A stretch of DNA of 64,000 nt from NCBI GenBank assembly GCA_025336685.1, contig GCA_025336685.1_4717.1; one strand, written 5' to 3'. The notes under the pieces are model-generated. The model saw only the letters and a list, made by a program, of their open reading frames with translations. It ran no database searches and had not been told where the DNA came from. Below, one piece after another: positions 1 through 9,107 of this stretch. This DNA comes from Escherichia coli (GTDB lineage Bacteria > Pseudomonadota > Gammaproteobacteria > Enterobacterales > Enterobacteriaceae). The first letter of the stretch is position 1. Every line of letters begins with the position of its first letter. Both the position numbers and the translations under genes were made by a program.

Positions 1-659
1 CGTTTTGCAACGGTTTGCGGATCCAAACGTCGTAACGTCCCTGATGCTGCGTTACGTGGATTTACGTACGGTTTTTCATTGTTTGCAACGAGTTCTGTGT
101 TCAAGAGTTCAAAGGCGTAGTGCGGCATCAACACTTCACCACGAACTTCGATTTTCTGTGGTGTTGATTCCCCCATTTTCAATTGTGGAAAGACGCCCAT
201 TACCGTACGGATATTCGATGTAACATCTTCGCCCTGAACACCGTCCCCACGAGTTACCGCACGTTGCAACAAACCATCCTCGTAATGAATCGCGATCGCT
301 AACCCATCGTATTTGGGTTCGATCAAGTATTCGAGCGTGTCTTCTGCTACCCCTAAGGTTTTTGCGATGGACTCCGTCCAATTCCGCAACTCTTCTTCAG
401 TGAACAGGTTATCCAAAGACATCATCGGAGACGGATGCTTCACGGTCTCAAAACCGTCAACCGGTGTGCCTACACGACGGGTTGGGCTGTTAGGTGAAAC
501 CTGATCGGGATGCTGCGCTTCATATTCCCGTATCGTTTTCACCAGGTTATCGTATTCTTCATCGGTGTATTTCGGTTCCGCTTTAACATGGTAATAATAA
601 TCAGCTTCGAGGATCGTATCGATAAGTTTCAGATAGTCTGCTACTGTTGTGATTTTCAT
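1..659 (-). CDS. ligA: NAD-dependent DNA ligase (LigA-like), N-terminal part; C-terminus lies beyond the window start
   Basis: Minus-strand ATG at 659..657; translation MKITTVADYLKLIDTILEADYYYHVKAEPKYTDEEYDNL...EPKYDGLAIAIHYEDG...RGDGVQGEDVT...NPRNAASGTLRRLDP matches the LigA adenylation domain including the KxDG lysine motif; not in the ORF track because the frame runs off the edge. Confidence 0.8.
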   Translation of the reverse strand, partial: MKITTVADYLKLIDTILEADYYYHVKAEPKYTDEEYDNLVKTIREYEAQHPDQVSPNSPTRRVGTPVDGFETVKHPSPMMSLDNLFTEEELRNWTESIAKTLGVAEDTLEYLIEPKYDGLAIAIHYEDGLLQRAVTRGDGVQGEDVTSNIRTVMGVFPQLKMGESTPQKIEVRGEVLMPHYAFELLNTELVANNEKPYVNPRNAASGTLRRLDPQTVAK

Positions 660-940
660 TTACGTTTACCTTTGTTTCTCTGACGTTCTTCTCGACGAGC
701 GAGTGCTTCACGACGACGTTTCTGTCGAACTTCTTCGGGTAACCGGCGTTCGAACCAAAAGAACGGCCAGAAAATCGACCCGAGGGCGATAAAAGGGAAT
801 GCTCCCATCATCGCAACGCAATGTGCTGGAAGCGTGTAGGTTGGGGATTTAATACCGTGCTTATGTAACCCGATGGTCACTGTAACTATTTCGATTAGCC
901 AGCCAGATAGATACAGGCAGCCGAGCATTTGTAGAATCAT
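656..940 (-). CDS. small membrane protein, basic C-terminal tail
   Basis: ORF 656..967 in track starts at TTG; ATG at 940 (MILQMLGCLYLSGW...) is preceded by GGAGG; hydrophobic segments then RRLPEEVRQKRRRE tail. Confidence 0.4.
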   Translation of the reverse strand: MILQMLGCLYLSGWLIEIVTVTIGLHKHGIKSPTYTLPAHCVAMMGAFPFIALGSIFWPFFWFERRLPEEVRQKRRREALARREERQRNKGKRK

Positions 941-1047
941 ATTGTCGTTTCCTCCATACGAAACCAAAAAATTGTCAAAATGTACATCGGCATAACACCC
1001 GTGTCCGCCCGCGATGGGAGGGACACGAGCAATACGCTTTTATTTCT

Positions 1048-1656
1048 TCAAGACTTCACAACACATTCGACTTCGTCGTTCATATAGGCTTCGTATAAAG
1101 ACAGCACTTCCTTCATTTTAATTTCAGGTAGCGCGACGGAACGAATCGCTTTCAGGATATTCCGTGTTTGATGGTGTTTAGCCTTCGCCTCACGCAGTTT
1201 ACAGAATTGACGGATACAGGTATTAACTTTACCGCCTTCCGCACGTTCGAGGGCGACATGCAGTTTCAGATCCAGTAATACTTCCGTGAGTTCCTGGGTG
1301 GCAGGATCGTTACGAATAAGTCGCACCGTCCGTTCATCCGGATTCAGCATCGTAAGGTACTGAAGCTTGATCTGCTCGGGTACGGGTTTCGTGTTCATCA
1401 TGATGGTGTCAAACTGTTCCTTAACATCCAACTCATTGAACACATAACGTTCGATGTGTACGACGTGCGCTTTTCCTGACTCACCGTAAACCGCCATCGC
1501 ACGATAGTCATCGAACAACACGACATACATCAGATCTTGTTCCGGTCCGGTGGTACCATCGATGAGCTTCGGTGCATACTCCTTAAAGAAGCCGCAACGA
1601 ACCGCTTCATCCGGCATGATCGTCCACGCTTTAACGGGTTGCTTTACGAGTTCCAT
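1048..1656 (-). CDS. hypothetical protein
   Basis: ORF 1048..1680; internal ATG at 1656 (MELVKQPVKAW...) has GAGGTG 5 nt upstream. Confidence 0.45.
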   Translation of the reverse strand: MELVKQPVKAWTIMPDEAVRCGFFKEYAPKLIDGTTGPEQDLMYVVLFDDYRAMAVYGESGKAHVVHIERYVFNELDVKEQFDTIMMNTKPVPEQIKLQYLTMLNPDERTVRLIRNDPATQELTEVLLDLKLHVALERAEGGKVNTCIRQFCKLREAKAKHHQTRNILKAIRSVALPEIKMKEVLSLYEAYMNDEVECVVKS

Positions 1657-1951
1657 GTAACACCTCATCAAGATTATCACTTACACCTGGCGGTACCACG
1701 ATACCGGTACGAATCACAGCAGCAACTTCCTGCATGCCTTTACCCTTCAACGCATATGTTTCATGTACCACATTACGTCGAGTCGTTAATCCAACAAATT
1801 TACATACCACCATGTTGTTTTCTGAAAGATAAGCGGTGTCGAGTTCACCGTGCAACAATTCTTTTTCTTTGGTATCAATGCCTAATAACGCAATTTGATA
1901 AGCAGAAAGTTTCCAATAACGCATGTTATCACCCAAACTGTTAAGAAGCAT
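1631..1951 (-). CDS. hypothetical protein (start may be ATG 1924)
   Basis: ORF in track; alternative start MRYWKL at 1924 with GGGTGA RBS. Confidence 0.35.
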   Translation of the reverse strand: MLLNSLGDNMRYWKLSAYQIALLGIDTKEKELLHGELDTAYLSENNMVVCKFVGLTTRRNVVHETYALKGKGMQEVAAVIRTGIVVPPGVSDNLDEVLHGTRKATR

Positions 1952-2357
1952 CCTGTTTAATGTTGATGACTATTTCCGTTCGAACCGGATTGGTCAGTAC
2001 GGCCTGCATGCGTTCAAGCATCATTGGGTTATCCGTAACTACCACATCGGCGTAACACATTGGATGACTTTCGAACGCTTCGGTGTCGCTTACTAACAGA
2101 ACACCCATCACATTTACGTATTGCGGTATGCGACCACGAATGCGTTGCCACATGTCTTGAGTAAGGTCTTCGCTTTCTAACGCAACCACGACAACAGGAC
2201 TGATATTTACCGGGAAACGCGGATGTACCGTGCGGCGAAACGTTATCCAGCTTTCGATGTGGGATAATGCAAGTTCGAGAGAACAACATTTTGGAGAAAT
2301 CTGTATGTTTATTTGCTGAATCAATGAAAGGGGGTTTTGTACAGTCTCTTCAGCCAT
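1941..2357 (-). CDS. hypothetical protein
   Basis: 138-aa ORF abutting the upstream gene stop. Confidence 0.45.
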   Translation of the reverse strand: MAEETVQNPLSLIQQINIQISPKCCSLELALSHIESWITFRRTVHPRFPVNISPVVVVALESEDLTQDMWQRIRGRIPQYVNVMGVLLVSDTEAFESHPMCYADVVVTDNPMMLERMQAVLTNPVRTEIVINIKQDAS

Positions 2358-3335
2358 TTACTTTTTCCTGAAAATCAATGTCGGTAAGCCGTTTCTTACA
2401 GCATAATACAACACTAAGAGGTTAATCTTGCCTGCGGATACCGTAAGCATTTTACGACGACGTGGTAAACTAACCGGTACGGTAGATGCCATCGTCGCAC
2501 TGTTCTTGAACGTTTGGGAATAACGTCGCAGCGACGCTTCACCTAACAACGGAAGGAAAAGATCCTCGGTAAGAATATCATCGCAGATATACGTAATCGC
2601 AAGTAACGACGGATTCCACTCGTTCAGGAACTCGAAAATCTCGTTTGCGATACCCAGTGCGTTATTGGGAAGCGGAACCTCACGAACGTATTTCTGATTG
2701 CCTTTATCCAGCAGGATTCTCGACATACAGTAGTCGTGGATTATACCCGCAACGTCATCCGCTGTCTCAGCATTCTGCATCAATGCTTGCGCTTCTTCCC
2801 AAGCCAGCTGACGTTTTGTTTCGTAATAGGTTGGTTTCAAAACCGCGTAAAAATCATGGATTAAACGACCAACGTCGCCACGGGTTTTCTCAGCCAGCGC
2901 GATTGCGTACGCTTTCTTCTCCGCATCCGTTAAGATCTGATTACGCCACAGTTCATATTCGTCTAACAGCTCGGTGTATTTGGCGGTCCAGTCAGAGGAA
3001 AGATAATAACCGATGCTATCAATCAACGCCTTCGTTAAAACACCCAGACGTTCGCGTCTCGGATCGACCGACGGCTCATAGACGAAAGGCAGCTTCGGTT
3101 TTTCAAAACCGCTGGCTACGACGGTATCTGAAAAAGCGTTCGCGAAAACACCCATCGGTTTCCATGACGTGAGGAGATCCTGATACAGCATCGGATGAAC
3201 GTTATTAATCGCTGTGAATTTATCGTCGAAAAGACTCACGCTTGGATGTTCGGCATTCGCAAGTTCAAAATAAATTATTTCGAGCAACGCCTTTACCGCA
3301 TCGCGTGTCTTATCGATAGGGCCAACAGAAGCCAT
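2358..3335 (-). CDS. hypothetical protein
   Basis: 325-aa ORF, no recognisable motif. Confidence 0.5.
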   Translation of the reverse strand: MASVGPIDKTRDAVKALLEIIYFELANAEHPSVSLFDDKFTAINNVHPMLYQDLLTSWKPMGVFANAFSDTVVASGFEKPKLPFVYEPSVDPRRERLGVLTKALIDSIGYYLSSDWTAKYTELLDEYELWRNQILTDAEKKAYAIALAEKTRGDVGRLIHDFYAVLKPTYYETKRQLAWEEAQALMQNAETADDVAGIIHDYCMSRILLDKGNQKYVREVPLPNNALGIANEIFEFLNEWNPSLLAITYICDDILTEDLFLPLLGEASLRRYSQTFKNSATMASTVPVSLPRRRKMLTVSAGKINLLVLYYAVRNGLPTLIFRKK

Positions 3336-3349
3336 GTAAAATATCCTCG

Positions 3350-3616
3350 TTAAAAAGTACCCATGATCGATAGGGCAATATGGTCTTTATTCGCACGCGC
3401 TTGTAACGACATATCGAGACCGCTTTTCTTAATATGCCAACGTGCCACCAGTTCCGGTTGGTCAACGGAATACAACCCTTCTCGATGTTGATTCAACCAT
3501 TTAGCAATCGGATGCAATTTATCGGGATTGACCACACCCAATTCCAAGCCGCCAGGTGTTAATGGTTTAGAATAAAAGTCAAGTGCGTTCCGTAAAAAGT
3601 CATCCTCGATGTTCAT
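3350..3616 (-). CDS. hypothetical protein
   Basis: 88-aa ORF; ATG at 3616 overlaps the stop of the upstream small ORF (ATGA). Confidence 0.45.
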   Translation of the reverse strand: MNIEDDFLRNALDFYSKPLTPGGLELGVVNPDKLHPIAKWLNQHREGLYSVDQPELVARWHIKKSGLDMSLQARANKDHIALSIMGTF

Positions 3617-3729
3617 CGTAGCATACCTACCATGCCAATTACAGCAAACAGTACGCCGACGGCGCTATACGCAAGCAGCGCTTTAGCAACCCAAGATTTT
3701 ATTTCCGTAAGCTCGTCATTATTTACCAT
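3613..3729 (-). CDS. 38-aa hydrophobic peptide (single predicted TM helix)
   Basis: Not in ORF track (too short); ATG 3729 preceded by GGGGTGAG; MVNNDELTEIKSWVAKALLAYSAVGVLFAVIGMVGMLR; stop overlaps next start. Confidence 0.3.
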   Translation of the reverse strand: MVNNDELTEIKSWVAKALLAYSAVGVLFAVIGMVGMLR

Positions 3730-3805
3730 ATCTCACCCCGTTATGTTATTGTCTGATCTCATACCTTTACCTAAGCGTATCCCCGCCATTAAGACGGGGT
3801 GCTTA

Positions 3806-4180
3806 TCACCAGAGACGATTACCTTCCTCGTCCCACCAAGCAAACGCTTGTGTCGACCCAAATGCGTTAGGGCGTAATGCCATGCCCTTACGGTCAACGA
3901 TTAACCGCAACTCAGTACCGAACCATTCAATCGAGATAAACAAACCCTTCCGAATGATTGCTTGATAACCTGATAGCCGTTCAAAGAGTCGTTGAAAATT
4001 CTCATCATGTTCACACGACACTAATGCTTCTGAATAGCGCCGCATCGATCTTGCGTCAGCGGGTAAACGTGTTTTACAGTCCCACCATAACACAGCGTAC
4101 ATCAATGCGGCATTACGCAATCGTAGTGATTGAACCGGTGTTAATTGTCGTCCTTCAACATCGTCGATGATAACGTACAT
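3806..4180 (-). CDS. hypothetical protein
   Basis: 124-aa ORF. Confidence 0.45.
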   Translation of the reverse strand: MYVIIDDVEGRQLTPVQSLRLRNAALMYAVLWWDCKTRLPADARSMRRYSEALVSCEHDENFQRLFERLSGYQAIIRKGLFISIEWFGTELRLIVDRKGMALRPNAFGSTQAFAWWDEEGNRLW

Positions 4181-4186
4181 TGCGTC

Positions 4187-4441
4187 TTATTCCGCGTTTG
4201 TTTCCTTAACATGGACACATTCCGCATCGATCGTCACACCGGTAGAACGATGGGTCTCGTTGGGAGAATCAAATCCGCTATTGAACAACATAGCGAACGT
4301 GTTATTATCCATACGAGCAAAGGTCTCCGCAATACGATCGGGATGAAAATCGGTGCGGTTGATGGTCGATTTCACAAAAACTCCTATAAACAATTTAATT
4401 ATTGGTATTAAGATTAAAGCAGGATCTGCGGACAGCAACAT
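4187..4441 (-). CDS. hypothetical protein
   Basis: 84-aa ORF, overlaps upstream gene by 28 nt; start uncertain. Confidence 0.3.
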   Translation of the reverse strand: MLLSADPALILIPIIKLFIGVFVKSTINRTDFHPDRIAETFARMDNNTFAMLFNSGFDSPNETHRSTGVTIDAECVHVKETNAE

Positions 4442-4899
4442 GATTCGTAACCACCTTCATGCGGTAACGTATTGCTGGTGTCAGGCCAGACAAGCTGAAT
4501 GCCCGCAACTTTTTTACCATATCGAGCGACAGCAGCTATCGCATACACTTCATTGAAGGATTCAATATCTTCAATTTCGCGTACGTCGAGACGCAACGTT
4601 TCGCCTGTACCCTTCAAAGTCAGATTGCCGTCGAACGCACCTAACGGGATGGTCTTTGCCTTCACCATGAAGTTACCCAGCTTGTTGATTGCTGAACCAA
4701 GGGCAGGGCAGTAACCGGACACGAAGATTTCCGGCATCCCATGTTCGGTTAGACCAACAGTATACATAAAGCCGGGCTCGTCGCTTCCCTCATCAGGAGC
4801 GACACCGACAATAGCCCACTGCTTTTTCTCGATATATTCTTCGACAAAATCGTCCAGTTTTGAAAAATTGTTTTCATTAAGTTTAACTGTGTTACTCAT
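4414..4899 (-). CDS. hypothetical protein
   Basis: 161-aa ORF MSNTVKLNENNFSKLDDF... Confidence 0.5.
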   Translation of the reverse strand: MSNTVKLNENNFSKLDDFVEEYIEKKQWAIVGVAPDEGSDEPGFMYTVGLTEHGMPEIFVSGYCPALGSAINKLGNFMVKAKTIPLGAFDGNLTLKGTGETLRLDVREIEDIESFNEVYAIAAVARYGKKVAGIQLVWPDTSNTLPHEGGYESCCCPQILL

Positions 4900-5173
4900 G
4901 TTCTTTATCCTTTAATGCGTTTTCTAACCAACGGACATAACTTTCACGATAAATATGAATATGTCTTTTACCGTCGCGAAAGTTAGGGTCAATAAGATGA
5001 ATCGCAGCATGGGTTGAGGTAGCCGCATGCTGCAAATGTTTTCGTGTTAATCGTCCACGTTTTACCCAGCGTTGAATATACCGTGCGTCTGCTGCAAGAC
5101 AGGTATGTTCATCGATGAAAGGCACCAATACCTGAACGATGCTACCGTAATACACCATCGAACTGTTGAACAT
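4892..5173 (-). CDS. hypothetical protein
   Basis: 93-aa ORF. Confidence 0.4.
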   Translation of the reverse strand: MFNSSMVYYGSIVQVLVPFIDEHTCLAADARYIQRWVKRGRLTRKHLQHAATSTHAAIHLIDPNFRDGKRHIHIYRESYVRWLENALKDKEHE

Positions 5174-5203
5174 CTGCGTCTCCGTGCAAATGGATGGGGC
5201 GGA

Positions 5204-5512
5204 TTAGTGAAGAATTACTGTTTGCGATCCGTTCTCGTATTCAGCAAGTAACTCGTCGTACCGACGATCAACTGTCTTGATCGCATTATCAATCTCCGAC
5301 ATGTCTGATGCCGTAGATCGTTTCGCTTCCAGTCGATATACTAACGCATCACGCATACCCTCGGCTGCAGCGAGTTCACAGGTTGCTTGATGTTTATTAT
5401 CCGAAAAGACGAAGAACGGTTTGTTTTCTTCATCAGCCAAGAAGTAGTCACGAATCGCAACCAACCTTTCTTCTGGAACCAGTTCACAATTGTTTTCGTT
5501 CATTTTCATCAT
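5204..5512 (-). CDS. hypothetical protein
   Basis: 102-aa ORF. Confidence 0.45.
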   Translation of the reverse strand: MMKMNENNCELVPEERLVAIRDYFLADEENKPFFVFSDNKHQATCELAAAEGMRDALVYRLEAKRSTASDMSEIDNAIKTVDRRYDELLAEYENGSQTVILH

Positions 5513-5517
5513 CTCTC

Positions 5518-5844
5518 TTAAAGTTTTAACGTATTGACGCCGCTTATAAAGGCGTTGATTTCATTGTCGATGTTACCGGTTTGTTCGATAATCTTCTCCA
5601 CCATCAATCTTGGTTTGTTGTATGCGATACATACAGCATCGGGACCATTTCCATACATGCTAGCGACGTAAATCCGAAGTTCTTTTAAACGATCGAGTAA
5701 CAACTGTGTGACATCCAGAACTTCTTCTGTGGCGGTCCGTGTGTTACAATCGCGTAACTTATGCTCTAACAGTGACGTCGCGGCATCGAGCATGGATGTG
5801 TATTTACGGTAGTTATAGATATCAATCATGGCTGTCTGATTCAT
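5518..5844 (-). CDS. hypothetical protein
   Basis: 108-aa ORF. Confidence 0.45.
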   Translation of the reverse strand: MNQTAMIDIYNYRKYTSMLDAATSLLEHKLRDCNTRTATEEVLDVTQLLLDRLKELRIYVASMYGNGPDAVCIAYNKPRLMVEKIIEQTGNIDNEINAFISGVNTLKL

Positions 5845-5855
5845 ACATACGTTAC

Positions 5856-6515
5856 TTATTTGTCAGGGTCTGGAAAATAGTAATATCGCCAATACAACAT
5901 AGCAATCGCATTTCTTATTCGACGCGCCTCGAAACGACGGCCGAGAAAGGACTTGTAACAAGAATCGCGAACCATAAACAACTCATGGCTCGATATCATC
6001 AGAACCACGATCTCTCTTATATACGAATTGCAGCACTCGATAAACGGATCTGTATCGTACGTATATTTCCTGGCACTACCTATCCCCAACTCTCTATTTA
6101 ACTCACGACAGTTTATCAAAGACTTCGCACAACTGATAAGCCGGACGAAGTCCCGTAAATTGCGGCGAAAGCAAAAATGTCGCCAGGTTCTTAGTGCGTT
6201 ATGTAGCGGACCTAGGATATCTATTCCGATTTTTACAATGTCCGCATCTTTCTTTAATACTTTTTTGTAATACTTCCTATCGTTCGATAATCCATTAAAC
6301 TCATAATTACAATTATATAGCTTATTCGTGCATTCAACCATCTCGTCGATGTATGATAAGAAGTAGTCCACTAATCTAACTGCTTTGTTATCGTCGTACT
6401 GTTCAGTCAGCAGGCGAAGCTGGAGTAGTCGTTTTCGGAAGCGGCGAATACGCCATTGCCACCAAAACCATCGAATATCCCGAATAGGTTTTACTGTCTC
6501 TGTATTAGAGTTCAT
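5856..6515 (-). CDS. hypothetical basic, W/R-rich protein
   Basis: 219-aa ORF in an AT-rich block. Confidence 0.45.
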   Translation of the reverse strand: MNSNTETVKPIRDIRWFWWQWRIRRFRKRLLQLRLLTEQYDDNKAVRLVDYFLSYIDEMVECTNKLYNCNYEFNGLSNDRKYYKKVLKKDADIVKIGIDILGPLHNALRTWRHFCFRRNLRDFVRLISCAKSLINCRELNRELGIGSARKYTYDTDPFIECCNSYIREIVVLMISSHELFMVRDSCYKSFLGRRFEARRIRNAIAMLYWRYYYFPDPDK

Positions 6516-7149
6516 CGTTATTGATACCCTCTATTAGTTGTACCGCAACCTCTCTTTCGGTGTTGTAAAAGAACTTGCGATGGAACCGAACAAGAAGCCT
6601 TTCAAATTTACGTTGCACGATCTTTTTGCGTTCGATATGGCCCAGGGAGAGCAAAGCACCCATGCAACGTACCGCCTGTTCAAGAACTTGTTTCGCGGTA
6701 TCATGATCATCCGGCAACGGTAAATCTTCTTCGTCGTCTTTAGCGATAAGACGTCTAATGATGTTATCGATGCGTATCTCATCGCCGTTAATAAAAGCAC
6801 CTTTCTCCCATTCATCAAACCGTTGATGGATTTGACGTTGTAGGTTGGCCCTATCTTCCGTTAACTCTTTCAACTGGTTTTCTAAGTTGAATACGGTACG
6901 GCGATCTGTTTCAGTGAATCTTTCCGACTCTTTATACCACCAATCATTACGTGCCAGTAAATCGTTGACACGCGATACCATCCGACGACATTCACCAACA
7001 AGTCCATCACCATTCGGTAACTCTGTGCCGAAATAACATTTGTATTTATAACGCGTAACACGGATTAAACGTTTCGCTAGAAAACCTTGTTTTTCCAGTT
7101 TCTTCTTCAGCTGTATGTATTTCTCTTCTTTTGTTTCCATTAATTCCAT
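6505..7149 (-). CDS. hypothetical protein
   Basis: 214-aa ORF, charged/coiled-coil-like composition. Confidence 0.45.
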   Translation of the reverse strand: MELMETKEEKYIQLKKKLEKQGFLAKRLIRVTRYKYKCYFGTELPNGDGLVGECRRMVSRVNDLLARNDWWYKESERFTETDRRTVFNLENQLKELTEDRANLQRQIHQRFDEWEKGAFINGDEIRIDNIIRRLIAKDDEEDLPLPDDHDTAKQVLEQAVRCMGALLSLGHIERKKIVQRKFERLLVRFHRKFFYNTEREVAVQLIEGINNDEL

Positions 7150-7538
7150 GATGTTGTACCTCGTTCAGCAATCAGGAGGGTCGTGGTTGTGCTTTTCACT
7201 AATCTATTAAAGTCTTGATATATCCGCCTGAGGGATGATTTCAAATTGCAATAACGGTTGAAATAAACCTTCAGGTCATCTTTTGTCACCGTCTCCGTAT
7301 TTATTTTCGTAGAAACACCGAGATCGATAAACTCTTTTCTTAATTGGGATAATTCGTCAAGAAGTCGATGATGGCTTAGATAAATAATAGATTTATCGGA
7401 TAACAACTCGCCGGTTATCCGGCTCTGGCGTTCATCGAGATATTGGAGCCGCCATTCAATTCGCTTACGTAATTTATCAAGTAAATCAACAAAAGCGGTA
7501 TAGCTGTTAACGGCTAGGTTAACTTGACTCGCTATCAT
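7140..7538 (-). CDS. hypothetical protein
   Basis: 132-aa ORF. Confidence 0.45.
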   Translation of the reverse strand: MIASQVNLAVNSYTAFVDLLDKLRKRIEWRLQYLDERQSRITGELLSDKSIIYLSHHRLLDELSQLRKEFIDLGVSTKINTETVTKDDLKVYFNRYCNLKSSLRRIYQDFNRLVKSTTTTLLIAERGTTSWN

Positions 7539-7885
7539 TCCACATTCTCCGTTATATGCTTTAAACTGTTACGTATACTTCTCAATCGATGGTTAAATCC
7601 GGAACGATAACATTTCCGTTCAAACCGTGCCGCTCGCGATTTATTCGCCTGATGAAGCTGTTCGTTCACCTGCGACGCTATACGTAAACGCCGCAATAAA
7701 GACCTCAGCCGAACGACAACCAACGGCTGTTCTTTTACCTTCTCTAGTTTGAGTAAATCGTCAATACGAAACTTTATTTCGATAATCTGATTCCTGTTTT
7801 TGCGGTACTGATGAATATACCAACATCGACGAAAATAGGCGATGCTAAACATAGGGTAGGTCCTTTTCAACGCCACCTCCAACAA
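7535..7885 (-). CDS. hypothetical basic protein
   Basis: 116-aa ORF. Confidence 0.4.
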   Translation of the reverse strand: MLEVALKRTYPMFSIAYFRRCWYIHQYRKNRNQIIEIKFRIDDLLKLEKVKEQPLVVVRLRSLLRRLRIASQVNEQLHQANKSRAARFERKCYRSGFNHRLRSIRNSLKHITENVE

Positions 7886-8070
7886 TAAAACGGATTAGGT
7901 GCTTTATGGTATTTATAAATACCCACTTTCTTCCGTCTGCCTTTACCCGGTCCTCGTTTAATACGTTTGTTATAAACACGACCCAAATATCGAGTGACGA
8001 TAGATCGGGATAAATACATCGGATCGATATAATCCAGAGTACCCGCTTCTGTTTCTTCGAGACATTGCAT
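7867..8070 (-). CDS. hypothetical small basic protein
   Basis: 67-aa ORF. Confidence 0.35.
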   Translation of the reverse strand: MQCLEETEAGTLDYIDPMYLSRSIVTRYLGRVYNKRIKRGPGKGRRKKVGIYKYHKAPNPFYCWRWR

Positions 8071-8096
8071 ACGTAACTCCTCTTTCCTCTAAGAAG

Positions 8097-8300
8097 TCAA
8101 TCCAGCATAAGCCATGGCATCGCTTTCGCGATAGAATCCACCGCAGCATTTGCTATCCTTCGTTCAGTCGTTGGTACCACATGCGCCACGAACCGTTTCC
8201 CTTTATTGCAACCTTTCTTGTGTTTTCCTTTGACCAAACGAACACCAATCATGTCGTTGATAACATGATTTAGTATGTGGCGCTGTAGAGAATTAATCAT
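8097..8300 (-). CDS. hypothetical small protein
   Basis: Track start 8303 is GTG; ATG at 8300. Confidence 0.35.
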   Translation of the reverse strand: MINSLQRHILNHVINDMIGVRLVKGKHKKGCNKGKRFVAHVVPTTERRIANAAVDSIAKAMPWLMLD

Positions 8301-8439
8301 CACTTTTACTCCAGGCAGAGAAGATTCTTGGTTTTAGTTCTATCTGTCCGCATATCCAGGTGTATCTCCATTTACCTTTACGAGGACCTTTCTTATTTTT
8401 AACACCTATCAGAATACGATAAGGGTATGACCAAGCCAT
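8293..8439 (-). CDS. 48-aa basic protein
   Basis: Not in track; ATG 8439 preceded by AGGAG at 6 nt; MAWSYPYRILIGVKNKKGPRKGKWRYTWICGQ... Confidence 0.35.
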   Translation of the reverse strand: MAWSYPYRILIGVKNKKGPRKGKWRYTWICGQIELKPRIFSAWSKSDD

Positions 8440-8469
8440 TCTAAACTCCTAAAATAAATCTCGATATTC

Positions 8470-8763
8470 TTAATGCAATTGCTTCTTAAAACCTAATTTA
8501 AGAAGCGTCATTCTCTTGTCGATGGTATCTAAGGCTTCCAGCAAGGATTTACGCTGCTCCTTTGTAAGCATATCGACGCGTAGACGTTCGTTAATTTCTG
8601 CTTTAAGTTGTATAGGAAGGGTTTGTGTAAGTATGCTATCAGCCTCCATCTCGTAACTATTTTTCGGTATGGGTAATGCTTCAGTAACGCCAGTGAGATA
8701 AAAACCGATAATGGTTACTCGTTTATCCATTGCTTCTAACAGTTCAGAACTTACTTCATCCAC
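8470..8763 (-). CDS. hypothetical protein
   Basis: Track start at 8796 is a GTG inside the terminator hairpin; GTG at 8763 has GGAG 8 nt upstream; ATG at 8730 is an alternative. Confidence 0.35.
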   Translation of the reverse strand: MDEVSSELLEAMDKRVTIIGFYLTGVTEALPIPKNSYEMEADSILTQTLPIQLKAEINERLRVDMLTKEQRKSLLEALDTIDKRMTLLKLGFKKQLH

Positions 8764-8780
8764 GATAGTTCTCCGTATTA

Positions 8781-8798
8781 GGGTGGGCGTACCCACCC
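8781..8798 (-). terminator. hairpin GGGTGGG-CGTA-CCCACCC immediately after the thyA stop
   Basis: Perfect 7-bp stem, 4-nt loop (UACG on the minus-strand RNA). Confidence 0.45.
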
Positions 8799-8810
8799 TC
8801 AGTTGTTAAT

Positions 8811-9107
8811 TTATACCGCCACCTTAGCCTTGATAGCAGGGTGTGATTGATAACCGACGAATACAAAGTCTTCGTAGCGGTAATCCGTAATACTTTCCGG
8901 TTTACGTACGATTGTTAGCTTCGGTAATGGATACGGCTCACGACTAAGTTGCTCTTTAACCTGTTCGAAATGGTTGTGATAGATGTGGCAATCCCCACCC
9001 GTCCACACGAACTCACCAACGTCCATATTCAACTGCTGGGCAAGCATATGCGTTAGCAACGAATATGATGCGATGTTGAATGGAACACCTAAAAATACGT
9101 CAGCACT
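8811..9107 (-). CDS. thyA: thymidylate synthase, exon 2
   Basis: [25 protein letters not shown]...[10 protein letters not shown] matches the ThyA C-terminal half; joins in frame to exon 1 ending ...LSCQLYQR. Confidence 0.85.
   Translation of the reverse strand, partial: SADVFLGVPFNIASYSLLTHMLAQQLNMDVGEFVWTGGDCHIYHNHFEQVKEQLSREPYPLPKLTIVRKPESITDYRYEDFVFVGYQSHPAIKAKVAV

Noticed and set aside
5-504. Three short ORFs at the window start (5..223 +, 136..381 -, 313..504 +)
   Set aside because: All fall inside the NAD-dependent ligase coding region, which is read in a different minus-strand frame
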